DNA of 64,000 nt from a virus: positions 64,001-128,000 of the IMG/VR virus record IMGVR_UViG_3300032236_001232; one strand, 5' to 3'. A program made the position numbers and the translations under genes. Of this stretch, positions 31,809-39,988 are shown one piece after another (positions within the stretch are counted from its first letter, which is position 1; each line of letters opens with the position of its first letter). The notes under the pieces are model-generated. The model saw only the letters and a program-made list of their open reading frames with translations, ran no database searches and had not been told where the DNA came from.

Positions 31809-31834
31809 GAAAAGGGCCGCAAAGGGCCCTTTTC
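31809..31834 (-). terminator. Rho-independent terminator
   Basis: GAAAAGGGCC..GGCCCTTTTC inverted repeat after the stop at 31855. Confidence 0.85.
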
Positions 31835-31854
31835 TTACAGTATTTCTACTGTTT

Positions 31855-33051
31855 TTAAGCAGTATGTGCTAGGGAAACAATACCAAGGCTAGCACTGCTA
31901 ATAGACCAACCAGCGGACGAACCGTCGGCAAATCTATATCCAGCACCGGCACTGGTTCTTTGAACTAGATAAGCTCTGTGTGCAGTTAGCTTGGTTACCC
32001 AATATGTGCAACCTTCTGTGTCAGTGGCGATTAAACACATTTCACCCGGATACAGATCACCAGGGTTGCTGGCCACTAGTCGGCACTGACCAACTTTACC
32101 ATTGTCATCTCTGGTCTTAACTAGGTAACGACGGCTGGCTTCCTGTTTCATAATATCAGCAAGAGCACCTTCAGTACCATCAATAATATTAACATAAACT
32201 GCTAGACCTGGTTGATACAGGTTAGTCAGCACCGAAGTACCGGCTGCTGCTCCACCACTAAATGTAACACTAGCGTCGGCTACATCAAAATAATGACTAC
32301 CGGCATTGGTGATCGCAACACTCTTAACACCGTAAGTAACGTTCAATTTAGCATTTCCGTTTCCACTACCGCTAGTAGATACAGGGTTGCTAGGTACTGC
32401 TGTATAATCTCCACCGTTAGCTACTGTAACGCCAGCAACACCCCAGTCAGTTAATGTTACTTGAAGATTGGTTCCGTTCGTGTCAATAGCACCGTAGGTC
32501 TGTGTGCGGGTAGCGCCGATAGTATTGGCCGGGGCGGTAGTTCCTGACCAAACACCTGGACTATAAATGGCTACTGCTGATGCTGTTCCACCTGCTGCTG
32601 CGGTGACTACAACTTCTAGTGGAGTTGTCCATGTACCACCACCGTATGTTCCGCTGAAGGAAAAACGGTCGCCTGTGTCGTTGTTGCTTCCGCCATTTTG
32701 CGGTGTGCTATTAATGGAAACTGTTCTAAGAGCATTAACAGTAAATGTTGCCGAAGTAACATTTGTTCCTCCACCAACTGCTAGTGTATTAGCATAAGCA
32801 TATCCTGTACCTGTAGTGTTTACAGTAGCAGTTAAGGCCATACCGTGTACAACACCAGTTGCTGTTGTTCCCAATGCTAGGTCAGGTGTACCAAACGATA
32901 CAGTTGGCAATGTGCCAACGTATGTTCCAGTTGTGGTAATTGTTACGCTGGCAATGCCTTCTCCGCCTTCGCCAGTTGCACCACCTGTGGCATGATTCTG
33001 GTAAGGCGAGTTTAAATTCGCAAAGAATTTCTTTTTAATTGGACGTCCCAT
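31855..33051 (-). CDS. Putative abundant virion structural protein (start reassigned to MGRPIKKKFF)
   Basis: Strong SD AAGGAGA before the ATG at 33051; T/G-rich; followed by a terminator. Confidence 0.7.
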   Translation of the reverse strand: MGRPIKKKFFANLNSPYQNHATGGATGEGGEGIASVTITTTGTYVGTLPTVSFGTPDLALGTTATGVVHGMALTATVNTTGTGYAYANTLAVGGGTNVTSATFTVNALRTVSINSTPQNGGSNNDTGDRFSFSGTYGGGTWTTPLEVVVTAAAGGTASAVAIYSPGVWSGTTAPANTIGATRTQTYGAIDTNGTNLQVTLTDWGVAGVTVANGGDYTAVPSNPVSTSGSGNGNAKLNVTYGVKSVAITNAGSHYFDVADASVTFSGGAAAGTSVLTNLYQPGLAVYVNIIDGTEGALADIMKQEASRRYLVKTRDDNGKVGQCRLVASNPGDLYPGEMCLIATDTEGCTYWVTKLTAHRAYLVQRTSAGAGYRFADGSSAGWSISSASLGIVSLAHTA

Positions 33052-33073
33052 TTTATTTCTCCTTGTTGTTATG

Positions 33074-33131
33074 ACAGTTCTATTGCCTACGCGGTTGGGG
33101 TTCCGCATAAACTCTCTCTCGAGCGAACAGT
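33074..33131 (-). promoter_or_regulatory. Candidate structured 5' leader RNA
   Basis: GTTC/GAAC closing stem, CTC-GAGA-GAG and TATGCGG/CCGCGTA hairpins between TAAATA and the SD. Confidence 0.5.
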
Positions 33132-33132
33132 A

Positions 33133-33804
33133 TTATTTAGCCAACTTACAACGGTCTCCGTGCCAACGAGGATAGGTATTGACCGCACAGTCTTTATTAC
33201 AATGGGGACATATTAGTCGTTCTCTTTTACTTCCTCTTGTTTTAGCAGCACGTTTTTCTATAGTTTCTTTACTATATTTTCTAGCCTTGGCACGATCGCT
33301 CATTTTTTTGCGAGTTTCTTCTGAGATTGTTACTCCATACCTGTTATTATTTTTTCCAGTTTTTGCCGCAGATAGTTTAGATCTCCATTCTTCGCTAAAT
33401 GGTGGTCGCTTTCTTCCTATTTGTGCTGCTAACTGACGAGCTTTTTCTTCAGGAGGCTGGATCCTACCTTTGTTAAGATTAGAAATATATCGACTATATT
33501 CTGTTCTTAAATTCTCGTATATTCTTGCGGTAATTTTTGATTCATACCTTTTTTGATGAGGGCTTTCTGCTCTCATCATATACATAGCATTGATCATTTT
33601 ACCTTTTGCTTCGCCGGTATACATTTTAGTAAGCAGCCAGTGACAGATAAAATGTTCTCTAGCTGTGAGATTAACTAGGTTATCTTTAGTGTCTAATCCA
33701 CCTAGACTACGTGGGATAATATGATGAGTTTCTGTATACCCATCAGTATTTCTATTCTTTGCGTTATTGGTTATGGCAAAATACCATTTTTCATATTTGT
33801 TCAT
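33133..33804 (-). CDS. Free-standing HNH homing endonuclease with NUMOD3-like repeats
   Basis: ETHHIIPRSLGG..DNLVNLTAREHFICHWLL; SEETRKKMS-type repeats; C-terminal CPHC...WHGDRC. Start at 33804 or 33819. Confidence 0.9.
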   Translation of the reverse strand: MNKYEKWYFAITNNAKNRNTDGYTETHHIIPRSLGGLDTKDNLVNLTAREHFICHWLLTKMYTGEAKGKMINAMYMMRAESPHQKRYESKITARIYENLRTEYSRYISNLNKGRIQPPEEKARQLAAQIGRKRPPFSEEWRSKLSAAKTGKNNNRYGVTISEETRKKMSDRAKARKYSKETIEKRAAKTRGSKRERLICPHCNKDCAVNTYPRWHGDRCKLAK

Positions 33805-33851
33805 ATTTTTATTTATCATATTACTAAATTCAACATAATATTTTAATCAAT

Positions 33852-33876
33852 AAAAAACGCCCCGAAGGGCGTTTTT
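33852..33876 (-). terminator. Rho-independent terminator after the major capsid gene
   Basis: Minus strand AAAAACGCCC-TTCG-GGGCG-TTTTTT. Confidence 0.9.
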
Positions 33877-33900
33877 ATACCTGCTAAATTCAGTATTGAA

Positions 33901-35082
33901 TTAACGGAAACTGACGTTAGAAGAAGTAATAGCTACTTTTCCTAGATAGTCAGCAGCATTTCCAAGGCTGCTAGCAGTGTTAGTGAGCTCCACATAACCA
34001 TATCTGGTTAAGAAACCAACGACTGGTTCGAAGGTAGCTGGGTCAAGAACGACTCCAGAACTCATTAAAGGAATATAAGGGCAGTAGAACGCGGCAGCAT
34101 CTGCCTCGCTTGTGCCTTTGTAACCGATAAGAACTTGGTCTTCGTCACGATCGCTTGTGTCAGCTAAGTAAGCGTCAACATAAACTTTCATGGCGCCATT
34201 TAGTGTACCAACAAACTTGGTGTTTGTAGGTGCTTCGAATGTACCTTCAGTGGTACGAGCGAAAGCACTTGTAGTAGCACTTTGTAGGATTGTTAGAGCC
34301 TGGTTAGAAACAACGGCCCAGTTACCAGCACCGCGACGTGTACGCTGAGCAATCAAGTTGCTGACACGGTTGATCTGGATAGCTAGAGCGGCGTGCTCGT
34401 CACCAACGAATGTTGCTGTACCAGAAACTAATGACTGGTCATAAGTCTGTTCAACAGTTGCTAAACCACGTAGGCTAGCTAGGATCTCTTGGTCAATCTC
34501 AGCAGTGATTTCCTGGGCTAGAGCAGCCATGATTTCAGCTTCGATATCGATACCCTGTTGTGCTTGTGCATCCTGAGCTGCCTCAAATGTCCAACGAGCA
34601 GATAGCTTGCGGCTCTTTGCTTCGACTGGAGTCTTGAGGATTTGGATGCTCATACGCTTACCAGGTTGACCTTCTAGAGCAGCAGTAGAGCTGGCCTTAG
34701 GTGTACTGGTGCTGCCGTTACCGGAATAAGCACGAGCAATGTTGAATGGGCTTAGTGCCTCTGCGCCTGCAGTAACTTCGTCAGTACTGTCAGCATAGCG
34801 AACACGTAGTGTGTGGATCTGTGCAACAGGTCCAGTCATAGGCTGTACACCAACGATTTCGTTAGCAATAACAGTAGGCATAACTCGACGGATAACTGGT
34901 AGAATTACACGGTTTAGTGTAGCAATGTTACCAGCACTGGTTGCACCAGCAGTTGCGCTCTCAGCCAAATGGCGACGTGTGTTTTCTAAGCAGATGCCCA
35001 TACTAGCACGACGGTTTCCTTGTAGGCCTTCAAGCAGAGCTTCTTTGGTCTCTGACCATCTTTCATTTAAAAGTTTTGACAT
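33901..35082 (-). CDS. gp23: Major capsid protein (T4 gp23-like)
   Basis: VGVQPMTGP, EAKSRKLSARWTFEAAQD, EITAEIDQEI, FYCPYIPL, TRYG. Confidence 0.97.
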   Translation of the reverse strand: MSKLLNERWSETKEALLEGLQGNRRASMGICLENTRRHLAESATAGATSAGNIATLNRVILPVIRRVMPTVIANEIVGVQPMTGPVAQIHTLRVRYADSTDEVTAGAEALSPFNIARAYSGNGSTSTPKASSTAALEGQPGKRMSIQILKTPVEAKSRKLSARWTFEAAQDAQAQQGIDIEAEIMAALAQEITAEIDQEILASLRGLATVEQTYDQSLVSGTATFVGDEHAALAIQINRVSNLIAQRTRRGAGNWAVVSNQALTILQSATTSAFARTTEGTFEAPTNTKFVGTLNGAMKVYVDAYLADTSDRDEDQVLIGYKGTSEADAAAFYCPYIPLMSSGVVLDPATFEPVVGFLTRYGYVELTNTASSLGNAADYLGKVAITSSNVSFR

Positions 35083-35101
35083 TTCTTTGTCTCCTTGAAT
35101 A

Positions 35102-36184
35102 TTATTTTAGTCCCGCCAACTTGCGGATATCTAAGATATTGTCTAAGCCTACCTCAGGCTTCACTTCACGATCACCAGTAATTTCTGTGCTTTCTGTTAG
35201 GGTAGCTTTAGCTACTTTTCTCTTCTCGCCATCCATAACTGTGGGTAGGTACTTGTCATATGCATCAGCAAGTTTCTTGGTCTGAACAGACTCAAGAAGT
35301 TGTTGCATCAGCGCTCTTTTGTCAGCACTTAGTGGTGCTAATAACTCGCCCATGACCTGTTTGCGTTCCATTAGGTCTCGAGCAACGCGGATCTCGCGTT
35401 CCTTAGATTCCACAATGGTAGCTTTTTCTTCTAGGGCTTGTTGGGTTTCAGCAAGTTCGGCATCTTTCTTTTGAATGATCTTTAACAATTTTGCTGTTTC
35501 AGATTTTTCATTTAAGTAAGATCCTGCGAACTCCTGAGCAAACGCTTCATAAATCTTACGACCGAAGCTGTTGTTACGGCTGCTGTCAATATCTTCTTTC
35601 AATTGCTTGATTTCAGATGTTAGCTTGCGTGTAACTGTGGCTTCGACGACCTTAGCAGATCGCTTAATGAAGTTTTGTTTGATAGTCTCAAATTTGTCTT
35701 TGGCTTCACGAACTAACTTGACTTTAGTTTCAGCTAGGTCACGTTTGTCAATGGCAAACTCTTTGATTTCTCTGGCTAGAGCATGTACTACGAATTGCTC
35801 TAATTTAGAAAAGTTCTCGCTAACTTTCTTGCGATCGTTTTGGAACTCTACTAGTTCTTTACCAAGCTGGTTGATTACAAAACCTTCTAGCTTTCGGCTA
35901 TCTTCAGTCATCTTTTGTTTGTATGCCTGTTTAGCTTCTGCTAGTCCTGTTCTATCTTCGTGCAACTCGGACATCTCTACGGCCAATCTATCGCTTAACA
36001 TCTTGTCGATCGCCTCAACCATAACAGTCTTATCGTGACTGTATTTTTGTGCGAATTCTTCACGAAGTTCAGCGGTGACTTGGTCGCGATTCTCTTGTAA
36101 TTTTTGGGCAAAGGCGGTTTCTAACTCAGATCTTACATCTTCATTAATTAACCCACTTTCGACCAATTGTTTGAATGCGTCCAT
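35102..36184 (-). CDS. gp22: Prohead core scaffold protein (gp22-like)
   Basis: Charged coiled-coil protein between the protease and the major capsid gene, as in T4. Confidence 0.8.
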   Translation of the reverse strand: MDAFKQLVESGLINEDVRSELETAFAQKLQENRDQVTAELREEFAQKYSHDKTVMVEAIDKMLSDRLAVEMSELHEDRTGLAEAKQAYKQKMTEDSRKLEGFVINQLGKELVEFQNDRKKVSENFSKLEQFVVHALAREIKEFAIDKRDLAETKVKLVREAKDKFETIKQNFIKRSAKVVEATVTRKLTSEIKQLKEDIDSSRNNSFGRKIYEAFAQEFAGSYLNEKSETAKLLKIIQKKDAELAETQQALEEKATIVESKEREIRVARDLMERKQVMGELLAPLSADKRALMQQLLESVQTKKLADAYDKYLPTVMDGEKRKVAKATLTESTEITGDREVKPEVGLDNILDIRKLAGLK

Positions 36185-36202
36185 TTGCTTTTCTCCTCGG
36201 GC

Positions 36203-36832
36203 TTATTTTAGACCTTTAATAATTTGAAGGAGACTTTCCTTCAAATATTTCTGGGCCTTTGGATCTTCTTTCGTTTCTTGTGCAACCTTAAATGCTTTGC
36301 TTCCTCCACGAGCATTCATTAAATGTTCGTAAACTGGAGTAGGATAAGCACCGGGAGCACTGGGTTGGGCAACCACATCTACTGTGATAATCTCAAAATC
36401 GGATACATGGCCGTTCATGTCGTTGACATTGCCGCTACCACGAGAACTTACGCCAAGTTTTACACCGCTTTCAAGCATAGTACGAATTAAATTACCCATC
36501 GGCGTAGGAAGGATTTTCATCTTTCCATATCCATTGGGACCTTCCATCCACATATGAGTAATCATATGAGACACACGATCCAAATTCACTTTTAAATCAT
36601 CGGGATGATCAACTTCGCCTAACACTGAATAACCATTTTGAATCTGATCATTCAGTGTTTTTACAGCACGTTCAATTTCATCCACTGGATAAACACGTTG
36701 GTTGGCATTGCGAATACCGCCTTGGATGGTAATACCTTTTAAGTAAAGATTCTTACCATCCTTGTCGTCGCTTTCCAGAACAATGCCGCTCTGGTCGAAA
36801 CTTAGATGCTCACGTAGATATGCCAACTTCAT
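36203..36832 (-). CDS. gp21: Prohead protease (T4 gp21-like)
   Basis: NANQRVYP, LGEVDHP, RVSH, PTPMG, GVSSRGSG, DVVAQPSAPGA. Confidence 0.95.
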   Translation of the reverse strand: MKLAYLREHLSFDQSGIVLESDDKDGKNLYLKGITIQGGIRNANQRVYPVDEIERAVKTLNDQIQNGYSVLGEVDHPDDLKVNLDRVSHMITHMWMEGPNGYGKMKILPTPMGNLIRTMLESGVKLGVSSRGSGNVNDMNGHVSDFEIITVDVVAQPSAPGAYPTPVYEHLMNARGGSKAFKVAQETKEDPKAQKYLKESLLQIIKGLK

Positions 36833-36843
36833 CTGTTTCTCTA

Positions 36844-37818
36844 TTAGGCGTTACGATTAGGAGCACCGTTCAGTGGGCTCTTAACATTACCAACACTGGT
36901 CTGACCAGCTTTGTCGCCTGTTCCGCTACCAACTGGACCTGGGGTCTTGTTGTTGCTAGGATATCCAGATCCCTGCTTGTTTAGAGCAGCACCATCTTTC
37001 ATGCTGGCCTTAGAACTGCTGGCGATGTTTTTTTCAACACCTTTAGTAAACTGACCGCCACTCTTAACTAGACCGCCAACTTTACCGTGTGGTGATGTTC
37101 CGTCTTCGTCAGCAGTTGCACTCTTACCTAGGATGTTTTTAGCATCGGCACCAGTTGTAGGCTTGCCTTTACCGCTACTCACGACCGGCTTGGTATTAAC
37201 ACCACTAGGCATTTTCTCGCCTGTGTTAGCACCTGCTAGACCGCCTTCGGCAGCACCTTTCTTTTCAGCACCGTGTCCGTCACTAACGGCTTCACGATAT
37301 TCACGTAAGCGGCGTCCTTCGAACATGCCCATTTCAAGCTCTTCGTCATCTTCTTCGTCGCCAAACTCTTCGTCGCCCTCTTCATCACCGAACTCGTCGC
37401 CCATTTCTCCGCCCTGGGCTGCTTCTAATTCAGCAAAGGCTGCTTCTAGTTCTTCAATGGCGTTCTTGATATCAAACATGGCTTGATCTTCGTCACCTTC
37501 ATCGTGGTCCATGTCGGCTTCGATGTCACTACCAAAATCATCAGTAGCATCGCCTTCTTCTCCGCCCATGTCGTCCTCAGCGTCCATTACGAAACTGTCT
37601 TCTAGTTCTTCGGAACCTTCATCCATTTCCTGCTCATCAGCAGACTCGTCCATTTCTTCGTCTTTTACAGACTCATCCATCTCATCATCCTCTTCGGCGA
37701 TAAGATTTTCATAAATTGTTCTTGACTTCTCTACAACGATCTCATGGAAAAGTTCATTGGCTTTGTCCATCTCTTCGTTTACTAGATAGTCTAATAATTG
37801 TTCAAATTTCGTAGACAT
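36844..37818 (-). CDS. Acidic prohead core/internal protein (gp67/68-like position)
   Basis: SD TAGGAGA before MSTKFEQ at 37818; D/E-rich first half and G/K-rich second half; lies between portal and protease. Confidence 0.7.
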   Translation of the reverse strand: MSTKFEQLLDYLVNEEMDKANELFHEIVVEKSRTIYENLIAEEDDEMDESVKDEEMDESADEQEMDEGSEELEDSFVMDAEDDMGGEEGDATDDFGSDIEADMDHDEGDEDQAMFDIKNAIEELEAAFAELEAAQGGEMGDEFGDEEGDEEFGDEEDDEELEMGMFEGRRLREYREAVSDGHGAEKKGAAEGGLAGANTGEKMPSGVNTKPVVSSGKGKPTTGADAKNILGKSATADEDGTSPHGKVGGLVKSGGQFTKGVEKNIASSSKASMKDGAALNKQGSGYPSNNKTPGPVGSGTGDKAGQTSVGNVKSPLNGAPNRNA

Positions 37819-37992
37819 ATTAAAAATTCTCCTATAGGTTAGCGGCAAGGCTATGTTATATTTAACACCGTTACAAATATGCTACACGAAATAGGCCTAA
37901 AACGAGTCGTTTTGGCCTGAGATGGCAGAGTTTTACCTCTGGTTTGACAAGTTTTTGTTAAAAAATTTAACAAAAATTTATATCAGTAGTTA

Positions 37993-38235
37993 TTAAGGTG
38001 CTGCTTCCGCTGGAGGAGCGGCATACATCTTTCTAACTAATCCCAATTCTTTCTTAACTTCTTTACTATGAGATTCCGCAGCTTTGCGTATATTGTTTAT
38101 CATACGCAAAGTTAGTCTACTTTTTCGCAGATCGCCTTGCCGCAACACTGTGGTATCATTCTGACTGAGGTATCTGCCATCGTCCTGCTGATCAGCATGA
38201 TCTCGATCAAAATAAATGAATTCCCTTAGTATCAT
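37993..38235 (-). CDS. Small head-module protein (80 aa; start reassigned to MILREF)
   Basis: ATG at 38235 removes the overlap with the portal gene and follows a TAAATA motif. Confidence 0.7.
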   Translation of the reverse strand: MILREFIYFDRDHADQQDDGRYLSQNDTTVLRQGDLRKSRLTLRMINNIRKAAESHSKEVKKELGLVRKMYAAPPAEAAP

Positions 38236-38248
38236 GTCAATATTTATC

Positions 38249-39985
38249 TCAAGGTGGGGTAGTTGCCCCAGCCGCTGCTGGTGGTGTTGGAGCGCCACCC
38301 GGTGCGGCATTTTCTTCACCTACCGCTGATGGTTCTGCGGTATTGGCTCCTAAACTGCTTAAATCGCCTGCTACAGAATTAGCACTAACTCCAGCACTGC
38401 GCATTTCTGCACTAGCGCTGAGTTTGGTATCCTCGTCGATGTTTTCTTCTTTCCACATGCGTTCATTCTCTGCCACCTCCTCGGCCGTCATTCCTAAGAA
38501 ACGTTTCATAGCAAATCGCTTGCTAACAAACGGAACAGCTACCATTACATTAAATGTATTAACACGGGCTGTGTCCATTTCTGCTTGCCGGTAGCTAGCA
38601 AAGTTCTGCGGTGGATTAAACTTAACATCGAAAATATTGCTGTCAATATTAATACCTTTGTTCAGTAAGTAGCGTTTGAATTCAGTGTCAAATGCTTCAT
38701 GCATAAGGCTTTGTAGACGCTTACAATATTCGTTGAATCTTAATTCTTGAATATATGCTGTCCCGACTCGGCCATCATTGAAGTTACTACCACCATCATC
38801 GGAACCAGTTGGTAGATAACTACTAGGTATACGGAGAGCTCTAAACAACTTATTGGTAAAATATTTAAGGTCATCAATTTCTCCTAAATTCTGACCGCCT
38901 TGAAGAATTTCAACTTTACTACCACGACCTTCTGCTGTTTGTGGGAAGAAATAATCTTCATTAATGCTTAGAGGATTATATCCAGCATCTACAACAGTTT
39001 GACTACCTCCTGTAGTGCTAGGGATACGGCGTTGATTAACTTCATTTTTAACACGTTCAACAAAACTCATAGCCAAATGACTAGGCATGTTGCCCACATC
39101 AATATAAAACACACGACGCTCTGGAGCACGTTGAATGCGATAGATTAGAATACTGTCTTCTAGTAGTTCTTTCTGTTTGAACACTTTGAAGATGCTTTCC
39201 ATTAGGCTATTACCAAAAGGATAGTTATTATCTAGCCCTTCACTCATGCTGATGTGTATTACATGTTTGGCATCGATGGCGTATTGATTTTGATTCTGTT
39301 GGAACCTGCTGCTGTTTGTGCTGGTAGGAAAAGCACCAACCATGCCGCGTGAGCCGCCAGCGCCGCCCTGCCCTGTTCCGTAACTACCACCAAATTGATT
39401 GCCACCGCCATGCACATTGCTAGGATTAATAGCAGTAGTGGCCAGTGTTTCTAAGTTAGGGTTAAAGTCTCTAATGATATATTGTTCAGGTTTCTTACCT
39501 TCACTTTCATTTACAATAACTTTATCTACTTTGGCAGGATCAACATACATCCAAGCCTGTGTTTCTGGATCTCTAACAAAGAAACTGTCGCCATATTTGA
39601 AAGCATTACGAACTATTTTAAATATTCTAGTATGGAACTTGTTTAGTTTAGTCCACTGCTGTAGATATTTTTTAATAATCTTAATTTCAGTGCTGGTAGC
39701 AGACTCTTTAAAGAATACTTGAAATGGTGTGCCATTTTCTTCGTTGGCCTGTGTGCAGAATTCTGCCAGGATATCTAGGGCAGCGTTGACTTCGCTGTCC
39801 CAGTCCATGGTGTCATATTGACCGTAACGTTCAAGACGATTAGGATGTCCTGAATAGACATCAGGTAAGTAGCTGGAATAGTTAGTCCTGCTAGGGTTTG
39901 TCGAACCACCTGAGCTCATTGAGCCGCTAACTGGACTTAGTCGTCCACCGGTGTTAACGGGAGTAAAATACTTTTTCCATGCCAT
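38249..39985 (-). CDS. gp20: Portal protein (T4 gp20-like)
   Basis: EDSILIYRIQRAPERRVFYIDVGNMP, EDYFFP, GRGSKVEILQGGQNLGEIDD. Confidence 0.97.
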   Translation of the reverse strand: MAWKKYFTPVNTGGRLSPVSGSMSSGGSTNPSRTNYSSYLPDVYSGHPNRLERYGQYDTMDWDSEVNAALDILAEFCTQANEENGTPFQVFFKESATSTEIKIIKKYLQQWTKLNKFHTRIFKIVRNAFKYGDSFFVRDPETQAWMYVDPAKVDKVIVNESEGKKPEQYIIRDFNPNLETLATTAINPSNVHGGGNQFGGSYGTGQGGAGGSRGMVGAFPTSTNSSRFQQNQNQYAIDAKHVIHISMSEGLDNNYPFGNSLMESIFKVFKQKELLEDSILIYRIQRAPERRVFYIDVGNMPSHLAMSFVERVKNEVNQRRIPSTTGGSQTVVDAGYNPLSINEDYFFPQTAEGRGSKVEILQGGQNLGEIDDLKYFTNKLFRALRIPSSYLPTGSDDGGSNFNDGRVGTAYIQELRFNEYCKRLQSLMHEAFDTEFKRYLLNKGINIDSNIFDVKFNPPQNFASYRQAEMDTARVNTFNVMVAVPFVSKRFAMKRFLGMTAEEVAENERMWKEENIDEDTKLSASAEMRSAGVSANSVAGDLSSLGANTAEPSAVGEENAAPGGAPTPPAAAGATTPP

Positions 39986-39988
39986 ATA

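Noticed and set aside
33052-38319. ORF-track starts at 33108, 37848 and 38319
   Set aside because: Downstream ATGs (33051, 37818, 38235) have an SD or promoter and avoid overlaps.
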